64,000 bases of DNA from an uncultured Bacteroidota bacterium (GCA_902523665.1 CABZAD010000002.1:6263-70262); one strand, 5' to 3'. Counted from the stretch's first letter, positions 19,911-31,099 are shown. Notes: generated from the sequence alone by a model not told the origin. Program-made: numbers and translations.

Positions 19911-21047
19911 TTGGAGAAATATGACTATATAATTTGTGGTGGTGGTGCGTCAGGTTTATTACTTTCAAATGCATTTATTAAAGATAAATTCTTCAATGAT
20001 AAAAAAATACTAATTATTGAAAGAGAGAGTAAAACTCTAAATGACAAAACATTTGGTTTTTGGAATGATAATGAATCTGTACTTGATGATATGGTTTTTA
20101 AAGAGTGGGAGTTTGCAGAGTTTAAAGATTCAAGTTCTTACAATACATTTTTACTTAATCCATATAAGTACAAAATGATAAAATCAGATAAACTTTACTC
20201 GCACATAAGAAACAAAATTTTAAAAGCATCAAATTTTAAATATTTAAATTCTAATATTAATGAAATTGATGAAAAAAATAACATAGTCAAAACAGATTAT
20301 GGTGAATTTAGTTCTTCAATTATTTTTTCAAGTATTTACAATGAAGTTGATTTCAATAAATATCCTTTGTTAAAACAACATTTTATCGGATGGACTATTG
20401 AGACTAAAAGCAAGAGTTTTGATGATAATAAAATAACTTTTATGGATTTTAGTGTTGATCAAAAAGATGAAATTAGATTTATGTACATATTGCCATTTTC
20501 AAAAAACAAAGCCTTGGTTGAATATACTCTATTCTCAAAAGAGTTAATTAGTGATAATGAATATGAAAAAGAAATTAAAAGTTATCTAAAAAAAAATAAT
20601 ATTACAGGTTATTCTGTTTCGGATAAAGAAAAGGGTATGATCCCCATGACATGTTACCCTTTCTTTGAAAATAATACAGATAATTATTTTCAAATTGGAA
20701 CTGCTGGTGGGTGGTCTAAACCAAGCACAGGTTACACCATTAAAAATTCAATAAAAAAAATCGATATTATAGTTAGGTCCTTAAAACAAAACAAACCTTT
20801 ATCAAAAATTAGATTTAAAAATAGATTTTGGTATTATGACCTTTTATTTTTGGATGTTTTAATTGCTTCAAAGGGTAAAGGATCTAAAGTGTTTTCTGAC
20901 TTATTTAAAAATAATGATCCAATAAAAATATTTAAATTTTTAGATGAAAAAACATCAATTGTAGAGGAGCTTTCTATATTTCTCACAGTTGATATTAAAA
21001 CTTTTGTTAGGTCTTTATTAAAAAGAATTTCAAATCTCTCTATTTAA
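19911..21047 (+). CDS. crtY: Lycopene cyclase family protein (CrtY-type)
   Basis: FAD fold YDYIICGGGASGLLL at the N-terminus. This requires the TTG start at 19911, since there is no in-frame ATG upstream of the fold. 378 aa. Confidence 0.65.
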   Translation: MEKYDYIICGGGASGLLLSNAFIKDKFFNDKKILIIERESKTLNDKTFGFWNDNESVLDDMVFKEWEFAEFKDSSSYNTFLLNPYKYKMIKSDKLYSHIRNKILKASNFKYLNSNINEIDEKNNIVKTDYGEFSSSIIFSSIYNEVDFNKYPLLKQHFIGWTIETKSKSFDDNKITFMDFSVDQKDEIRFMYILPFSKNKALVEYTLFSKELISDNEYEKEIKSYLKKNNITGYSVSDKEKGMIPMTCYPFFENNTDNYFQIGTAGGWSKPSTGYTIKNSIKKIDIIVRSLKQNKPLSKIRFKNRFWYYDLLFLDVLIASKGKGSKVFSDLFKNNDPIKIFKFLDEKTSIVEELSIFLTVDIKTFVRSLLKRISNLSI

Positions 21048-22013
21048 TAGAGTTTCAGAAAATTGATTCAACTTTCTCTTAGTATCGTTATCTAATTCTA
21101 GCTTGTTAATTAATTTCTCTGCTTTGTCAAAATAAACTTTAACTTTATTTTTTACATACTTTAAAGCACCCGAAGTTTCATAAAATGATTTGATAGAATT
21201 AATTTTTTCGGATTCGGCTATTTCGCTAGAATTAAAAATATTTTCAAATTCTAATTTCTTTTTTGGTTCTAATTTTGAATTTGTGAAAAGGTATAATAAG
21301 GTTTTCTTCTTTTCTATAATATCCCCCCCTATTTTTTTTCCAAACTTTTCCTGATCCCCAAAGCAATCAAGTAAATCATCTTCTAGTTGAAAAGATATAC
21401 CAAGATTCAATCCTATTTTATATAATAAATTAGTATTTAAATTATTAGCCTCTGCAATAATACCTCCAAACATAAATGAGCCTCCTATTAGAACTGCTGT
21501 TTTATTTTTAATCATCTCAAAATATTCATTTTCAGTAATATTATTTTTTGATGAAAAATCCATGTCAGCTTGTTGGCCCTCACAAACTAATCTTGATATT
21601 TCAGTAAGTTTTTTTGATAAATGTATATACTTTGAATCTTGATATTGGTTTAAAATCTCGTATGAAATTATAAGCATTACGTCTCCAGATAAAATCCCAG
21701 TATTGTTATCCCATTTTGAATTTATAGTCTTTTTTCCTCTTCGGATCATAGAATTATCCATGATGTCATCATGTGCCAAAGTGAAATTGTGAAAAATTTC
21801 TAAAGCTGCTGCAGCCGGAAGTGTGTCAGTTATTTTACCCCCTAAAAATTCAGATACATTTAATGCTATTATTGGTCTTAATCTTTTTCCACCGGATTCT
21901 AAAATATATTTTACAGGCTTGTAAAGGTTTTTCGGTTTATTATACTTAAGTTCTTTTTTTAAGTAATCCTCAAAAATTTTAATGTATTCAGTCATTATCA
22001 TTAATTGATTCAA
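21030..22013 (-). CDS. Polyprenyl diphosphate synthase (trans-isoprenyl diphosphate synthase)
   Basis: First and second Asp-rich motifs LAHDDIMDNSMIRRG and QLEDDLLD. Confidence 0.85.
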   Translation of the reverse strand: MNQLMIMTEYIKIFEDYLKKELKYNKPKNLYKPVKYILESGGKRLRPIIALNVSEFLGGKITDTLPAAAALEIFHNFTLAHDDIMDNSMIRRGKKTINSKWDNNTGILSGDVMLIISYEILNQYQDSKYIHLSKKLTEISRLVCEGQQADMDFSSKNNITENEYFEMIKNKTAVLIGGSFMFGGIIAEANNLNTNLLYKIGLNLGISFQLEDDLLDCFGDQEKFGKKIGGDIIEKKKTLLYLFTNSKLEPKKKLEFENIFNSSEIAESEKINSIKSFYETSGALKYVKNKVKVYFDKAEKLINKLELDNDTKRKLNQFSETLLNREI

Positions 22014-22103
22014 AAATAAATATACTTTTTAATTAATTGTTAATTTTTTATTAATCATTTGTTTAATTCAATTGTTTAAATTTAATTTGCAGTCATTTTA
22101 ATC

Positions 22104-22712
22104 ATGAAGAAAGAATATTCTGAAACTGAAATAAAAATTAAAACTGCTGCTAAATCTCTTTTTTTAAAAAAGGGTTATAGTGCTACAACTACCAGAGAGA
22201 TTGCCAAGGAATCTGACATTAACCTAGCACTATTAAATTATTATTTCACAAGTAAATGGAAATTATTTGAAATAATAATGTTTGAGACCCTTTTTGATTT
22301 CTTAAGTAAAATGGTAGAGGTCTATAATGATGAGAAAACTTCATTAGAAGAAAAAATTAAACTCACCTGTGAAAAATACATAGACATGACTATAGCTGAA
22401 CCCCTACTTCCCACTTTTGTATTAAATGAGCTAAAAAATAATCCTACTTCCTTTTTAAAAATGCCATCAACGAAAATGATAATGAAGTCGAGGCTTGTTG
22501 CACAATATCAAGAAGGAGTAAAAAAGGGGATATACACTAAAGTAGAGCCAATTCATTTTGTAACAAATATTATGAGCTTAATAGTATTCCCATTTATGTG
22601 TAGCCCAATACTAAAGAAAATGGAGAAGCTTAATACAAAGGAGTTCAATACCCTTATGCTTGAGAGAAAAAAATCAATCCCTAAATGGATAATTAAAATG
22701 ATAAAAAAATGA
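22104..22712 (+). CDS. TetR/AcrR-family transcriptional regulator
   Basis: N-terminal HTH (GYSATTTREIAKESDINLALLNYYF). Lies directly upstream of the efflux genes and overlaps the next start by 4 nt. Confidence 0.8.
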   Translation: MKKEYSETEIKIKTAAKSLFLKKGYSATTTREIAKESDINLALLNYYFTSKWKLFEIIMFETLFDFLSKMVEVYNDEKTSLEEKIKLTCEKYIDMTIAEPLLPTFVLNELKNNPTSFLKMPSTKMIMKSRLVAQYQEGVKKGIYTKVEPIHFVTNIMSLIVFPFMCSPILKKMEKLNTKEFNTLMLERKKSIPKWIIKMIKK

Positions 22713-24034
22713 GAAAACTTTTATTAGTGTTATATATATCAAACATATGTTATTCTCAACAAGAGGTGGTTAGCTTAAGCATAGAAGATGCTGTAAAATA
22801 TGGCATTGAAAATAACAGAAATTTAAAAAATGCAGAGAGAGAAATACAAATGGCATATCAGGAAAGGTGGAAAACTATTGCAATTGGACTACCTAATGTC
22901 TCGCTTGATTTAAACTATTTGAATAACCTTGAACTTCCAACTTCATTAATTCCTGCAGAATTTTTCGGTGGAAATAAAGGAGATTTTTCTGAGATTCAGT
23001 TTGGCACAGAACAGACTGCAATTGGATCTGTTAGAATGGAGCAATTATTATTTGATGGTTCATGGTTAGTTGGTTTGGAATACAGTAAAATCTTTCTAGC
23101 AACTTCTGAAAATTTTTATGAAAAAACATTATTGGAAGTTAGAGAAGGTATTATTAAACTTTATAGTCTTGTTGCCACCCTCAATGAAGGAATCTCTCTT
23201 TTAGAGAATAACCTTGAAAACTTCAAAAAAGATCTTAATGAGGTAACTGAACTATACAAAAATGGGTTTCAAGAGAAAGAGAATGTAGAACAAATAAGGA
23301 TAACACTTGCACAAGCAGAGCTTTCTTTACTTCAGGCAATTAAAACTAGAGACAACCAAATAAATCTTTTAAAATTAGTCTTAGGAATAAACATTAATGA
23401 TGAGTTGTTGCTTGTAACATCCCTAGATGATTTTATAGGAAATAATGTAGTTTTTGCAAATTCATTAAAAGATTTTGATACAGGTAAAAATGTTGACATA
23501 AAAATTTCACAAAATATGTTTGATACAAAAAGAATTGAATACAAATTGGAAAAATCAAAACAGCTACCAAAGATTTCTGGTTTTGTCAGTGGAACATATA
23601 CTGGATACAATAATGAATTTAACTTCACTGACAAATCACAAAGTTGGTTTGGCTCTTCAGTTGTAGGAGTTAATTTAGAAATTCCATTATTCAATGCAAA
23701 TAGGATGAATGTATCATCACAAAAGGCTAAGATTGCTATGGAACAAGCTAGGGCAAACCTTGAGGAGCAAGAGGAGAGGACTCAGGTAGAAGTTATAGAA
23801 AAGCTTAATGACTATGAATTAGCTAACAAGTCTCTTGGTGTTAATGAACAAAATATGAATCTAGCTATCTCAATTGAAGATAAGAATTCAATAAAATTTT
23901 TTGAAGGCTTAGTCTCATCATTTGAACTTAGGCAAGCGCAAATTCAATTATTAGATTCACAACAAAAATATTTGAATTCTGTAATAGAATTGATTTCAAT
24001 TAAAACCGAATTAGAAACTTTATACAACAATTAA
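22709..24034 (+). CDS. TolC-family outer-membrane efflux protein
   Basis: Signal peptide, 441 aa, two coiled-coil/beta repeat halves. First structural gene of the efflux operon. Confidence 0.8.
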   Translation: MRKLLLVLYISNICYSQQEVVSLSIEDAVKYGIENNRNLKNAEREIQMAYQERWKTIAIGLPNVSLDLNYLNNLELPTSLIPAEFFGGNKGDFSEIQFGTEQTAIGSVRMEQLLFDGSWLVGLEYSKIFLATSENFYEKTLLEVREGIIKLYSLVATLNEGISLLENNLENFKKDLNEVTELYKNGFQEKENVEQIRITLAQAELSLLQAIKTRDNQINLLKLVLGININDELLLVTSLDDFIGNNVVFANSLKDFDTGKNVDIKISQNMFDTKRIEYKLEKSKQLPKISGFVSGTYTGYNNEFNFTDKSQSWFGSSVVGVNLEIPLFNANRMNVSSQKAKIAMEQARANLEEQEERTQVEVIEKLNDYELANKSLGVNEQNMNLAISIEDKNSIKFFEGLVSSFELRQAQIQLLDSQQKYLNSVIELISIKTELETLYNN

Positions 24035-24036
24035 TC

Positions 24037-25200
24037 ATGAATAAACTCTCCGCATTATTTATAGTTACACTAATAATTGGCTGTGACTCGTCAAGAAATT
24101 TATCTACAGAAAGTCTCATTGAAAACAAAGATTTGGATGAATTAAAAAAAAGGAAAAAAGAATATGTAGATCAAATGAACATAATGAAAGTTGAACTAAA
24201 CGAGATAAATAATGGTATTTCCTTTTTAGATGAAAACGAAAGACTTACTCTTGTATCAAAATATGAGATTAAAGAGCAAGAATTTAACAGTTACATTGAG
24301 ACTCAAGCAAATCTTAAAACCAGAAAAAATATTCTAATTCTTTCTGAGTTTCAAGGTACATTAGAAAGAGTATTTGTAGAGGAAGGTCAAGAAGTAAGGA
24401 AAGGTACTTTACTAGCTCAAATTAATGACTCTGGTCTTCAAGAACAATTAGATCAATTGGTAATTCAGACAAATTTTGCAAAAGAAAATTTTGAAAGGGT
24501 TCAAAGGCTTTGGGATAACAATATTGGTTCTGAAATGCAATACCTAAAAAGTAAAGCAGATTATGAAACAAGTCAAAAGGGAGCTGAACAAATGAGAGAC
24601 ATGCTCTTAAAAACAAAAATTTATGCACCCTTTGATGGAACAATAGATGAGATTATATCAAACCCTGGATCTAATTTAATACCGGGAATAAGTCAAATAC
24701 TTAGATTAGTAAACCTTGAAAAAGTGTATGCGGAAGCTTTTGTGTCTGAGAAATATATATCTAATGTTAATACTGAAACGGAGGCATTAGTAAGAATTCC
24801 TCTATTAGGTAAAGAAATAAAATCAATTATTACTCAAACTGGGAACTTTATAAACCCAAATAACAGGACATTCCGAATTGAGGTGCCTGTTGAAAATCCC
24901 GACAAAAAAATAAAGCAAAACTTAGACGCCAAGATTAGAATAAACATCTACAAAAAAGATAACGCATTGGTAGTACCGTTAAGAATAATTAGAGAAGATG
25001 CTTCTGGAGAGAATTATCTATATGTAATGAATGAAGATGTAAAAGAGGGAGTATATATTACCAAAAAAACATATGTAAAACTTGGTAATAAAAGCAATAA
25101 AAATGCTGAGGTGATTGATGGGCTTAATGTAGGTGAATTAATTGTTCTTGAAGGTGCAAATATTGTAGAGGACTCTCAAAGAGTTAAACTTATTAAATAG
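24037..25200 (+). CDS. RND efflux periplasmic adaptor (membrane fusion protein)
   Basis: Lipoprotein signal (LIIGC), coiled-coil hairpin, lipoyl-like motif (KGTLLAQIND ... IYAPFDGTI). Confidence 0.85.
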   Translation: MNKLSALFIVTLIIGCDSSRNLSTESLIENKDLDELKKRKKEYVDQMNIMKVELNEINNGISFLDENERLTLVSKYEIKEQEFNSYIETQANLKTRKNILILSEFQGTLERVFVEEGQEVRKGTLLAQINDSGLQEQLDQLVIQTNFAKENFERVQRLWDNNIGSEMQYLKSKADYETSQKGAEQMRDMLLKTKIYAPFDGTIDEIISNPGSNLIPGISQILRLVNLEKVYAEAFVSEKYISNVNTETEALVRIPLLGKEIKSIITQTGNFINPNNRTFRIEVPVENPDKKIKQNLDAKIRINIYKKDNALVVPLRIIREDASGENYLYVMNEDVKEGVYITKKTYVKLGNKSNKNAEVIDGLNVGELIVLEGANIVEDSQRVKLIK

Positions 25201-25201
25201 A

Positions 25202-28200
25202 ATGAATAAAAAAAATAGGGAGTTTTTTCTCTCAAGTTGGGCAATAGAAAATAAAACCATCATATATATTTTGATGGTTATTTTTCTTGTCTCAGGAATT
25301 ACTGCATACAATACAATGCCAAGAGAACCATTTCCTGAAATAAATACCACAAATGTTTTTGTTGCAACAGTTTTTCCAGGAAACAGTGCTGAAGAAATAG
25401 AAAAACTAGTCACTAACCCATTAGAAGAAGAGATAAAGGGAGTTAAAGGTCTTGTTGAGCTTGAATCTAGCTCATATGAAGGTATATCAGTAATTAATGT
25501 TGAATTTGATGATGAAGTATTAATTGAAGTCGCAAGGCAGCGAGTAAAAGATTTAGTTGACAATGTTACGGTAAGGGATGACTGGCCTACTTTTAACAAT
25601 TCAAAAATTGATCCAAGTGTTACAGAATTTGACTTTGCCGAAAGATACCCTGTACTCAATATTACTTTATTAGGAGACTATACTGTTGAAGAGTTAAAAA
25701 AATATGCTGAGTATCTTGAACTCAGAATTGAGAGGCTACCTGAAATCAAATCAGTAGAAATCAGAGGGCTTCAAGATTTTGAGGTAGAGATTGCTGTAGA
25801 TCCTTTTATGATGAATTCTACAAAAACAAGTTTTACAGATATAATATCATCAATATCTCAAGAAAATGTTACAATTTCAGCTGGAAATATTGTTTCAGAC
25901 GGTCAAAGAAGAAATGTTAAAATTGTTGGAGAAATTTCGTCTCCTAATGAACTAGAAAATATTATTGTTAATACAAACAAAGGTCCAGTTTACCTTAAAG
26001 ACGTTGCTTCTGTTTCATTTAAGGAAAAAGAGGCAACATCATATGTAAGATACTTTGAGAAAAAAACTGTAGGCCTAGAAGTTATTAAAAGAGGTGGAGA
26101 AAATGCAATTTTTGCATCTAATTCAATTAGAGAAATAATTGATGAGGCAAAAGTAAATTTTCTTCCATCAAATCTTGAAGTCAATGTGATTAACGATCAA
26201 TCTGACTATACTATAAATTCAGTTAATGACTTAATGAATAACCTAATATTTGGGATAATCCTAGTCGTTACTGTTATCACATTCTTTTTGGGAATCAGAA
26301 ATGCTCTGTTTGTTGGTTTTGCTATACCAATGTCAATGTTCCTATCATTATTTTTTCTATCCTTATTTGGATTTACCCTAAACAGAATGGTGCTATTTGG
26401 ATTGGTAATGGGACTTGGACTTTTAGTTGATAATGGAATAGTTGTAGTGGATAATATTTACAGACTTATGAAAGAAGAGGGTCTTTCAAGAATTCAAGCT
26501 GCAAAACTTGGAATTGGTGAAGTAGCGCTTCCTATAATTGTTTCTACAGCAACAACAATTGCTGCTTTTATACCACTCGGAACATGGCCTGGAATTATAG
26601 GAGAGTTTATGATTTATTTTCCAATTACACTTTCTGCGATTCTTGGTTCATCTCTAATTGTAGCAATCTTTTTCAATTCAATGCTTGTGTCGAATTTCAT
26701 GACGGTTGAAGAAAATGAGTTTAATAATAAAAACCTTTACAAGGCTACATATTTTTTAGTAATTATTGGAATTATTTTTCTGATTTTTAGTTCAACTAGA
26801 ATTTTTGGCTCACTATTTCTATTGATAACTATTTTTCTTTGGCTTTATAAAATATTCTTAAAAAAACAGATAGATAAATTCAAAGATAAAATTTTACCGG
26901 TATTAGAAAATAATTATTCAAAATTTTTAGCGTATGCGTTATCTGGTATCAAGCCATATATATTTATTTTGGGTACTCTCGGAATATTTATCTTCTCTAT
27001 TTTTTTAATGGGTATTTTCCCACCTAAAATTGAGTTTTTCCCAGATAATGAGCCCCAACAAATTTTAGTTTCTGTTGAATACCCTGAAGGAACGGATATA
27101 CTAAAAACAAATGAGACCTCAAAACTTGTTGAAAACGAAATATACAGTGTTATAAACAACCAAAAGTATTTAGATAATAACTATAATTTTTTAGTTGAAT
27201 CATCAATTACAAATGTTGGAGATGGAGCATCAGATTCCTCTTTGGGATCAGGGGGAACTCCTCATAAATCTTTAATAACCATGACAATGAGGGAATTCAA
27301 ATATAGAAGAGGGTTATCAAGTGAAGATCTAAGAAAAGAGATACAACTAAATTTGATTGAAAAATTTCCTGGTATTGCAATTTTAGTTGAGAAAGACTCT
27401 CAAGGTCCACCTTCTAGTTATCCTGTAAATATTGAGATATACGGTGACGACTATGAGCAACTTATTGAGACTGCTATTTCGATGAAAAACTTCTTAAATC
27501 AGGAAAATATAGAAGGAATTGAACAATTAAAAATAGATGTAACCAAGAGTAAGCCTGGTTTAGAATTCTTGGTTGATAAAAAGAAGGCTGGAGAATTAGG
27601 TATACCTGCTGGCCTTGTAGGTCAAACTATTAGAAATTCAATAATTGGCACCAAAGCTGGAGTCTTTAAACTCGACGGCGAGGATTATGAGATTAATGTT
27701 AGATTTGAAAATGAGTTTAAAAATGATTTAAGTTCGATACTAAATCAAAATATTATATTTAGAGACCAATCTTCAGGAGTCATTAAAGAAGTTCCAGTAG
27801 CATCTGTTGTTCAAGAAAAAAATACTGCAGCATTTAATGCAATTAAACATATAGATTTACAAAGAGTTGTTACTCTATACTCTTCAATTTTAGCAGGGTC
27901 TAATGCAAATCAAATTGTTAACACAGCAGAAATAGCTTTAAGTGGATTTGAGACACCTGAAAATGTAAGTTTCAAGTTCACTGGAGAAATTAAGGAACAA
28001 GAAGAAAACCAAGAATTTTTATCTTCAGCTCTTTTAACTGCTATCTCTCTTATAATCTTATTATTAGTCTTTCAATTTAATTCTGTTTCAAAACCATTGA
28101 TTGTTCTAATCTCAATCATATTAAGTTTTACAGGGGTATTTCTTGGGATAGTTTTTTTTAATTTAACGTTCAGTATTTTGATGACAATGCTTGGTATCAT

Positions 28201-28618
28201 ATCATTAGCTGGAATTGTAGTTAATAACGCTGTTGTATTGATAGACTACACAGACCTATTATTCAAAAGAAAAAAAATTGATTTGAATCTTTCTAAAAAA
28301 GAATTAATCGATAAAAATTCAGCTCTAGAACTAGTTAAAATAGCAGGAAAGGCTAGACTTAAACCAGTACTTTTAACTGCTATTACAACAATTTTTGGTT
28401 TGGTTCCACTAGCTGTTGGTCTTAATATTGATTTCTTCACTTTACTATCAGATTTTAATCCAAATATCTATTTAGGAGGCGATAATGTAATTTTTTGGGG
28501 ACCTCTTGCTTGGACTGTTATTTTTGGAATTACATTTGCAACTTTTCTAACCTTAATAATTGTTCCGACAATGTACTTTTTAATACATCTTGGTCGAATC
28601 AAACTAAAAAATATCTAG
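25202..28618 (+). CDS. RND efflux permease (AcrB/CzcA superfamily)
   Basis: 1138 aa and 12 TM segments, with two large periplasmic loops and duplicated halves. Confidence 0.9.
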   Translation: MNKKNREFFLSSWAIENKTIIYILMVIFLVSGITAYNTMPREPFPEINTTNVFVATVFPGNSAEEIEKLVTNPLEEEIKGVKGLVELESSSYEGISVINVEFDDEVLIEVARQRVKDLVDNVTVRDDWPTFNNSKIDPSVTEFDFAERYPVLNITLLGDYTVEELKKYAEYLELRIERLPEIKSVEIRGLQDFEVEIAVDPFMMNSTKTSFTDIISSISQENVTISAGNIVSDGQRRNVKIVGEISSPNELENIIVNTNKGPVYLKDVASVSFKEKEATSYVRYFEKKTVGLEVIKRGGENAIFASNSIREIIDEAKVNFLPSNLEVNVINDQSDYTINSVNDLMNNLIFGIILVVTVITFFLGIRNALFVGFAIPMSMFLSLFFLSLFGFTLNRMVLFGLVMGLGLLVDNGIVVVDNIYRLMKEEGLSRIQAAKLGIGEVALPIIVSTATTIAAFIPLGTWPGIIGEFMIYFPITLSAILGSSLIVAIFFNSMLVSNFMTVEENEFNNKNLYKATYFLVIIGIIFLIFSSTRIFGSLFLLITIFLWLYKIFLKKQIDKFKDKILPVLENNYSKFLAYALSGIKPYIFILGTLGIFIFSIFLMGIFPPKIEFFPDNEPQQILVSVEYPEGTDILKTNETSKLVENEIYSVINNQKYLDNNYNFLVESSITNVGDGASDSSLGSGGTPHKSLITMTMREFKYRRGLSSEDLRKEIQLNLIEKFPGIAILVEKDSQGPPSSYPVNIEIYGDDYEQLIETAISMKNFLNQENIEGIEQLKIDVTKSKPGLEFLVDKKKAGELGIPAGLVGQTIRNSIIGTKAGVFKLDGEDYEINVRFENEFKNDLSSILNQNIIFRDQSSGVIKEVPVASVVQEKNTAAFNAIKHIDLQRVVTLYSSILAGSNANQIVNTAEIALSGFETPENVSFKFTGEIKEQEENQEFLSSALLTAISLIILLLVFQFNSVSKPLIVLISIILSFTGVFLGIVFFNLTFSILMTMLGIISLAGIVVNNAVVLIDYTDLLFKRKKIDLNLSKKELIDKNSALELVKIAGKARLKPVLLTAITTIFGLVPLAVGLNIDFFTLLSDFNPNIYLGGDNVIFWGPLAWTVIFGITFATFLTLIIVPTMYFLIHLGRIKLKNI

Positions 28619-28639
28619 CTATATTTACATATAATTTAT

Positions 28640-30376
28640 ATGAATCGAACTAACAATTGTGGGGAATTATCTAAAGCTAACATTAATCAAAATGTAAAAC
28701 TTTCTGGTTGGGTTAACAGGGTTAGAGAAAAAGGCTTTATTATTTGGATTGACTTAAGAGATAGGTATGGGATTACACAATTAGTATTTGATAAAGAGAG
28801 ATCAAGTGAAGAGTTGTTTAATGCAGCTAATAAACTTGGGAGAGAGTTTGTAATTGAAATTGATGGAACTGTAATAGAAAGAAAAAGCATCAATGAGAAA
28901 ATAAATACAGGAGAAATAGAAATTCTTGTATCAAATCTAAAAGTTTTAAACAAGTCTCTAGTTCCACCATTTACTCTTGAGAATGAATCAGATGGCGGTG
29001 AAGAATTAAGGATGAAATACAGGTATCTTGATATAAGAAGACAACCAGTAAAGAAAAATTTAATTTTTAGGCACAAATTATCACTTGAAGTAAGAAATTA
29101 TCTTTCTGAAAATGGTTTCATTGATATTGAGACTCCATGTTTAATAAAGTCTACACCTGAAGGTGCAAGAGATTTTATTGTCCCAAGTAGACTTAACCCT
29201 GAACATTATTATGCATTACCTCAATCACCTCAAATTTTCAAACAGTTATTGATGATTGGTGGACTTGATAAGTATTATCAAATTGTAAAATGTTTTAGAG
29301 ATGAAGATTTAAGAGCTGATAGACAACCCGAGTTTACTCAAATTGACTGTGAAATGTCTTTCGTAAATCAAGAAGATATTTTTAAGCAATTTGAAGGACT
29401 AATGTCCAGATTATTCTCTAAATTTTTAAAACAAGATAATGTTACGTTTGAAAGAATGACCTATAGATATGCTTTAGAAAATTATGGGATTGACAAACCT
29501 GACCTTCGATATGATATGAAAATCAGTGAAATAACAGATGAAGTAAAAGGTAAAGGTTTCCAAGTTTTAGACACTAATGACTTTTCATGTTGTATTAAAG
29601 TTGAAAATAAATCTGAACTTACAAGAAAGGAGATTGATAGTTTAACAGATTGGATTAAAAGGCCACAAATTGGAGCTACTGGACTATTGTGGATTAAACA
29701 TAATATAGATTCTTCAGCAAAATCCTCATTTGATAAGTTTTTTACAGAAGAAGATTTAAAATTAATTTTGGAAAAAGTATCGTCTAAGCCTGGAGATATA
29801 GTATTTATTTTATCTGGCAATAAGAAGAAATCTTTGACTCAAATTGGCTTGTTAAGGATAGAGATTGCAAAAAGATTTGAATTGATTAATTATGAAAAAA
29901 TATGCCCAATATGGATTACCGATTTTCCTCTTTTTGAATGGGATGAGGATGAAAAAAGATTTTTTTCCATGCATCATCCTTTCACATCAGCTAAACCTGA
30001 ACATTTAAAATTGTTAGACACAGAGCCTGAAAAAGTTATTGCAAATGCATATGATCTAGTTCTTAATGGAAAAGAAATAGGCGGTGGATCGATAAGAATT
30101 CATGATTTTGATACCCAAATGAAAATATTTGAATTATTAGGGATGAGTAAAGAAGAATATACAAGTCAATTTGGGTTTTTAATAGATGCATTAAAATACG
30201 GAGCACCACCTCACGGTGGAATTGCATTTGGACTTGATAGACTTGCAGCAGTTCTCAAAGGAAAAGATGCTATCAGAGATTTTATAGCGTTTCCAAAAAA
30301 TAATTCTGGTAAAGATCTCATGATTGATGCTCCATCAATATTAACTAAAGAGCAATTAAAGGATTTATCAAATTAA
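28640..30376 (+). CDS. aspS: Aspartate--tRNA ligase
   Basis: Class II motifs (FRDEDLRADRQPEFTQID, GGGSIRIH, GIAFGLDRL). 578 aa. Confidence 0.95.
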   Translation: MNRTNNCGELSKANINQNVKLSGWVNRVREKGFIIWIDLRDRYGITQLVFDKERSSEELFNAANKLGREFVIEIDGTVIERKSINEKINTGEIEILVSNLKVLNKSLVPPFTLENESDGGEELRMKYRYLDIRRQPVKKNLIFRHKLSLEVRNYLSENGFIDIETPCLIKSTPEGARDFIVPSRLNPEHYYALPQSPQIFKQLLMIGGLDKYYQIVKCFRDEDLRADRQPEFTQIDCEMSFVNQEDIFKQFEGLMSRLFSKFLKQDNVTFERMTYRYALENYGIDKPDLRYDMKISEITDEVKGKGFQVLDTNDFSCCIKVENKSELTRKEIDSLTDWIKRPQIGATGLLWIKHNIDSSAKSSFDKFFTEEDLKLILEKVSSKPGDIVFILSGNKKKSLTQIGLLRIEIAKRFELINYEKICPIWITDFPLFEWDEDEKRFFSMHHPFTSAKPEHLKLLDTEPEKVIANAYDLVLNGKEIGGGSIRIHDFDTQMKIFELLGMSKEEYTSQFGFLIDALKYGAPPHGGIAFGLDRLAAVLKGKDAIRDFIAFPKNNSGKDLMIDAPSILTKEQLKDLSN

Positions 30377-30381
30377 ACTAC

Positions 30382-30624
30382 TTGAAATTTTTTGTTAAAA
30401 TATTATCATATTTAGTCTTTATTGGAATATTTATTGGAATATTCTCTAAAGAAATTATAAGTGAGCAAATTGGAGATATTATAATTGGTGTTTCCGTACT
30501 TACTGGAACTTTTATATTTATGCCCTTATTTCTTGCTCTAAGATGGAAAGGGAAAAAATTAAAAGATTATACTCTAAGTGAAGAAAATATTAGAAAGATG
30601 AGAGAAAAAGCTGATGAATTTTAA
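30382..30624 (+). CDS. Small membrane protein (two TM segments), hypothetical
   Basis: 80 aa ORF with a TTG start and two clear hydrophobic helices. No recognisable family. Confidence 0.35.
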   Translation: MKFFVKILSYLVFIGIFIGIFSKEIISEQIGDIIIGVSVLTGTFIFMPLFLALRWKGKKLKDYTLSEENIRKMREKADEF

Positions 30625-31058
30625 TCTCTAATCTTTTTAAAAAACTTATCCAGTAAATCTTTAGATTCACTCTCCATAATACCAGAAATAGTTTTAATTT
30701 CTCTGTCTATTTCTAGATTATAGCTTGAAAAACCTCTTTTTTTATCTGAAGCTGCATAAACTATAGTGTCAATTTTAGACCAATATATTGCACCATAACA
30801 CATTAAGCATGGTTCTAGGGTGCAATAAAGAATACATTTATTTAAATTCTTAGTGTTTAAAAAGTTTTGTGCAGATGTTATTGCAATTAGTTCAGCATGT
30901 GCAGTTGAATCATTAAGAAGCTCAACCATATTTGATGATTTAGAAATGATTTCATTCTCATATACAATAACACAACCAATAGGAACTTCATCTTTATAAA
31001 AGGCATAGTTGGCTTCTTCAAATGCTTTATTCATAAAATAATTATGATCTTTTTTCAT
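30621..31058 (-). CDS. tadA: tRNA-specific adenosine deaminase
   Basis: CDA zinc motifs HAELIAI and PCLMCYGAI. 145 aa. Confidence 0.85.
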   Translation of the reverse strand: MKKDHNYFMNKAFEEANYAFYKDEVPIGCVIVYENEIISKSSNMVELLNDSTAHAELIAITSAQNFLNTKNLNKCILYCTLEPCLMCYGAIYWSKIDTIVYAASDKKRGFSSYNLEIDREIKTISGIMESESKDLLDKFFKKIRD

Positions 31059-31099
31059 GTTGCTAATTTACAAAATAGGTGTATTGATTTTTCGAATAT

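Noticed and set aside
25138-25659. 173-aa minus-strand ORF spanning the junction of the RND adaptor and pump genes.
   Set aside because: It is antisense to two well-supported genes, Ser/Thr/Leu-rich, and has no start context or motif.
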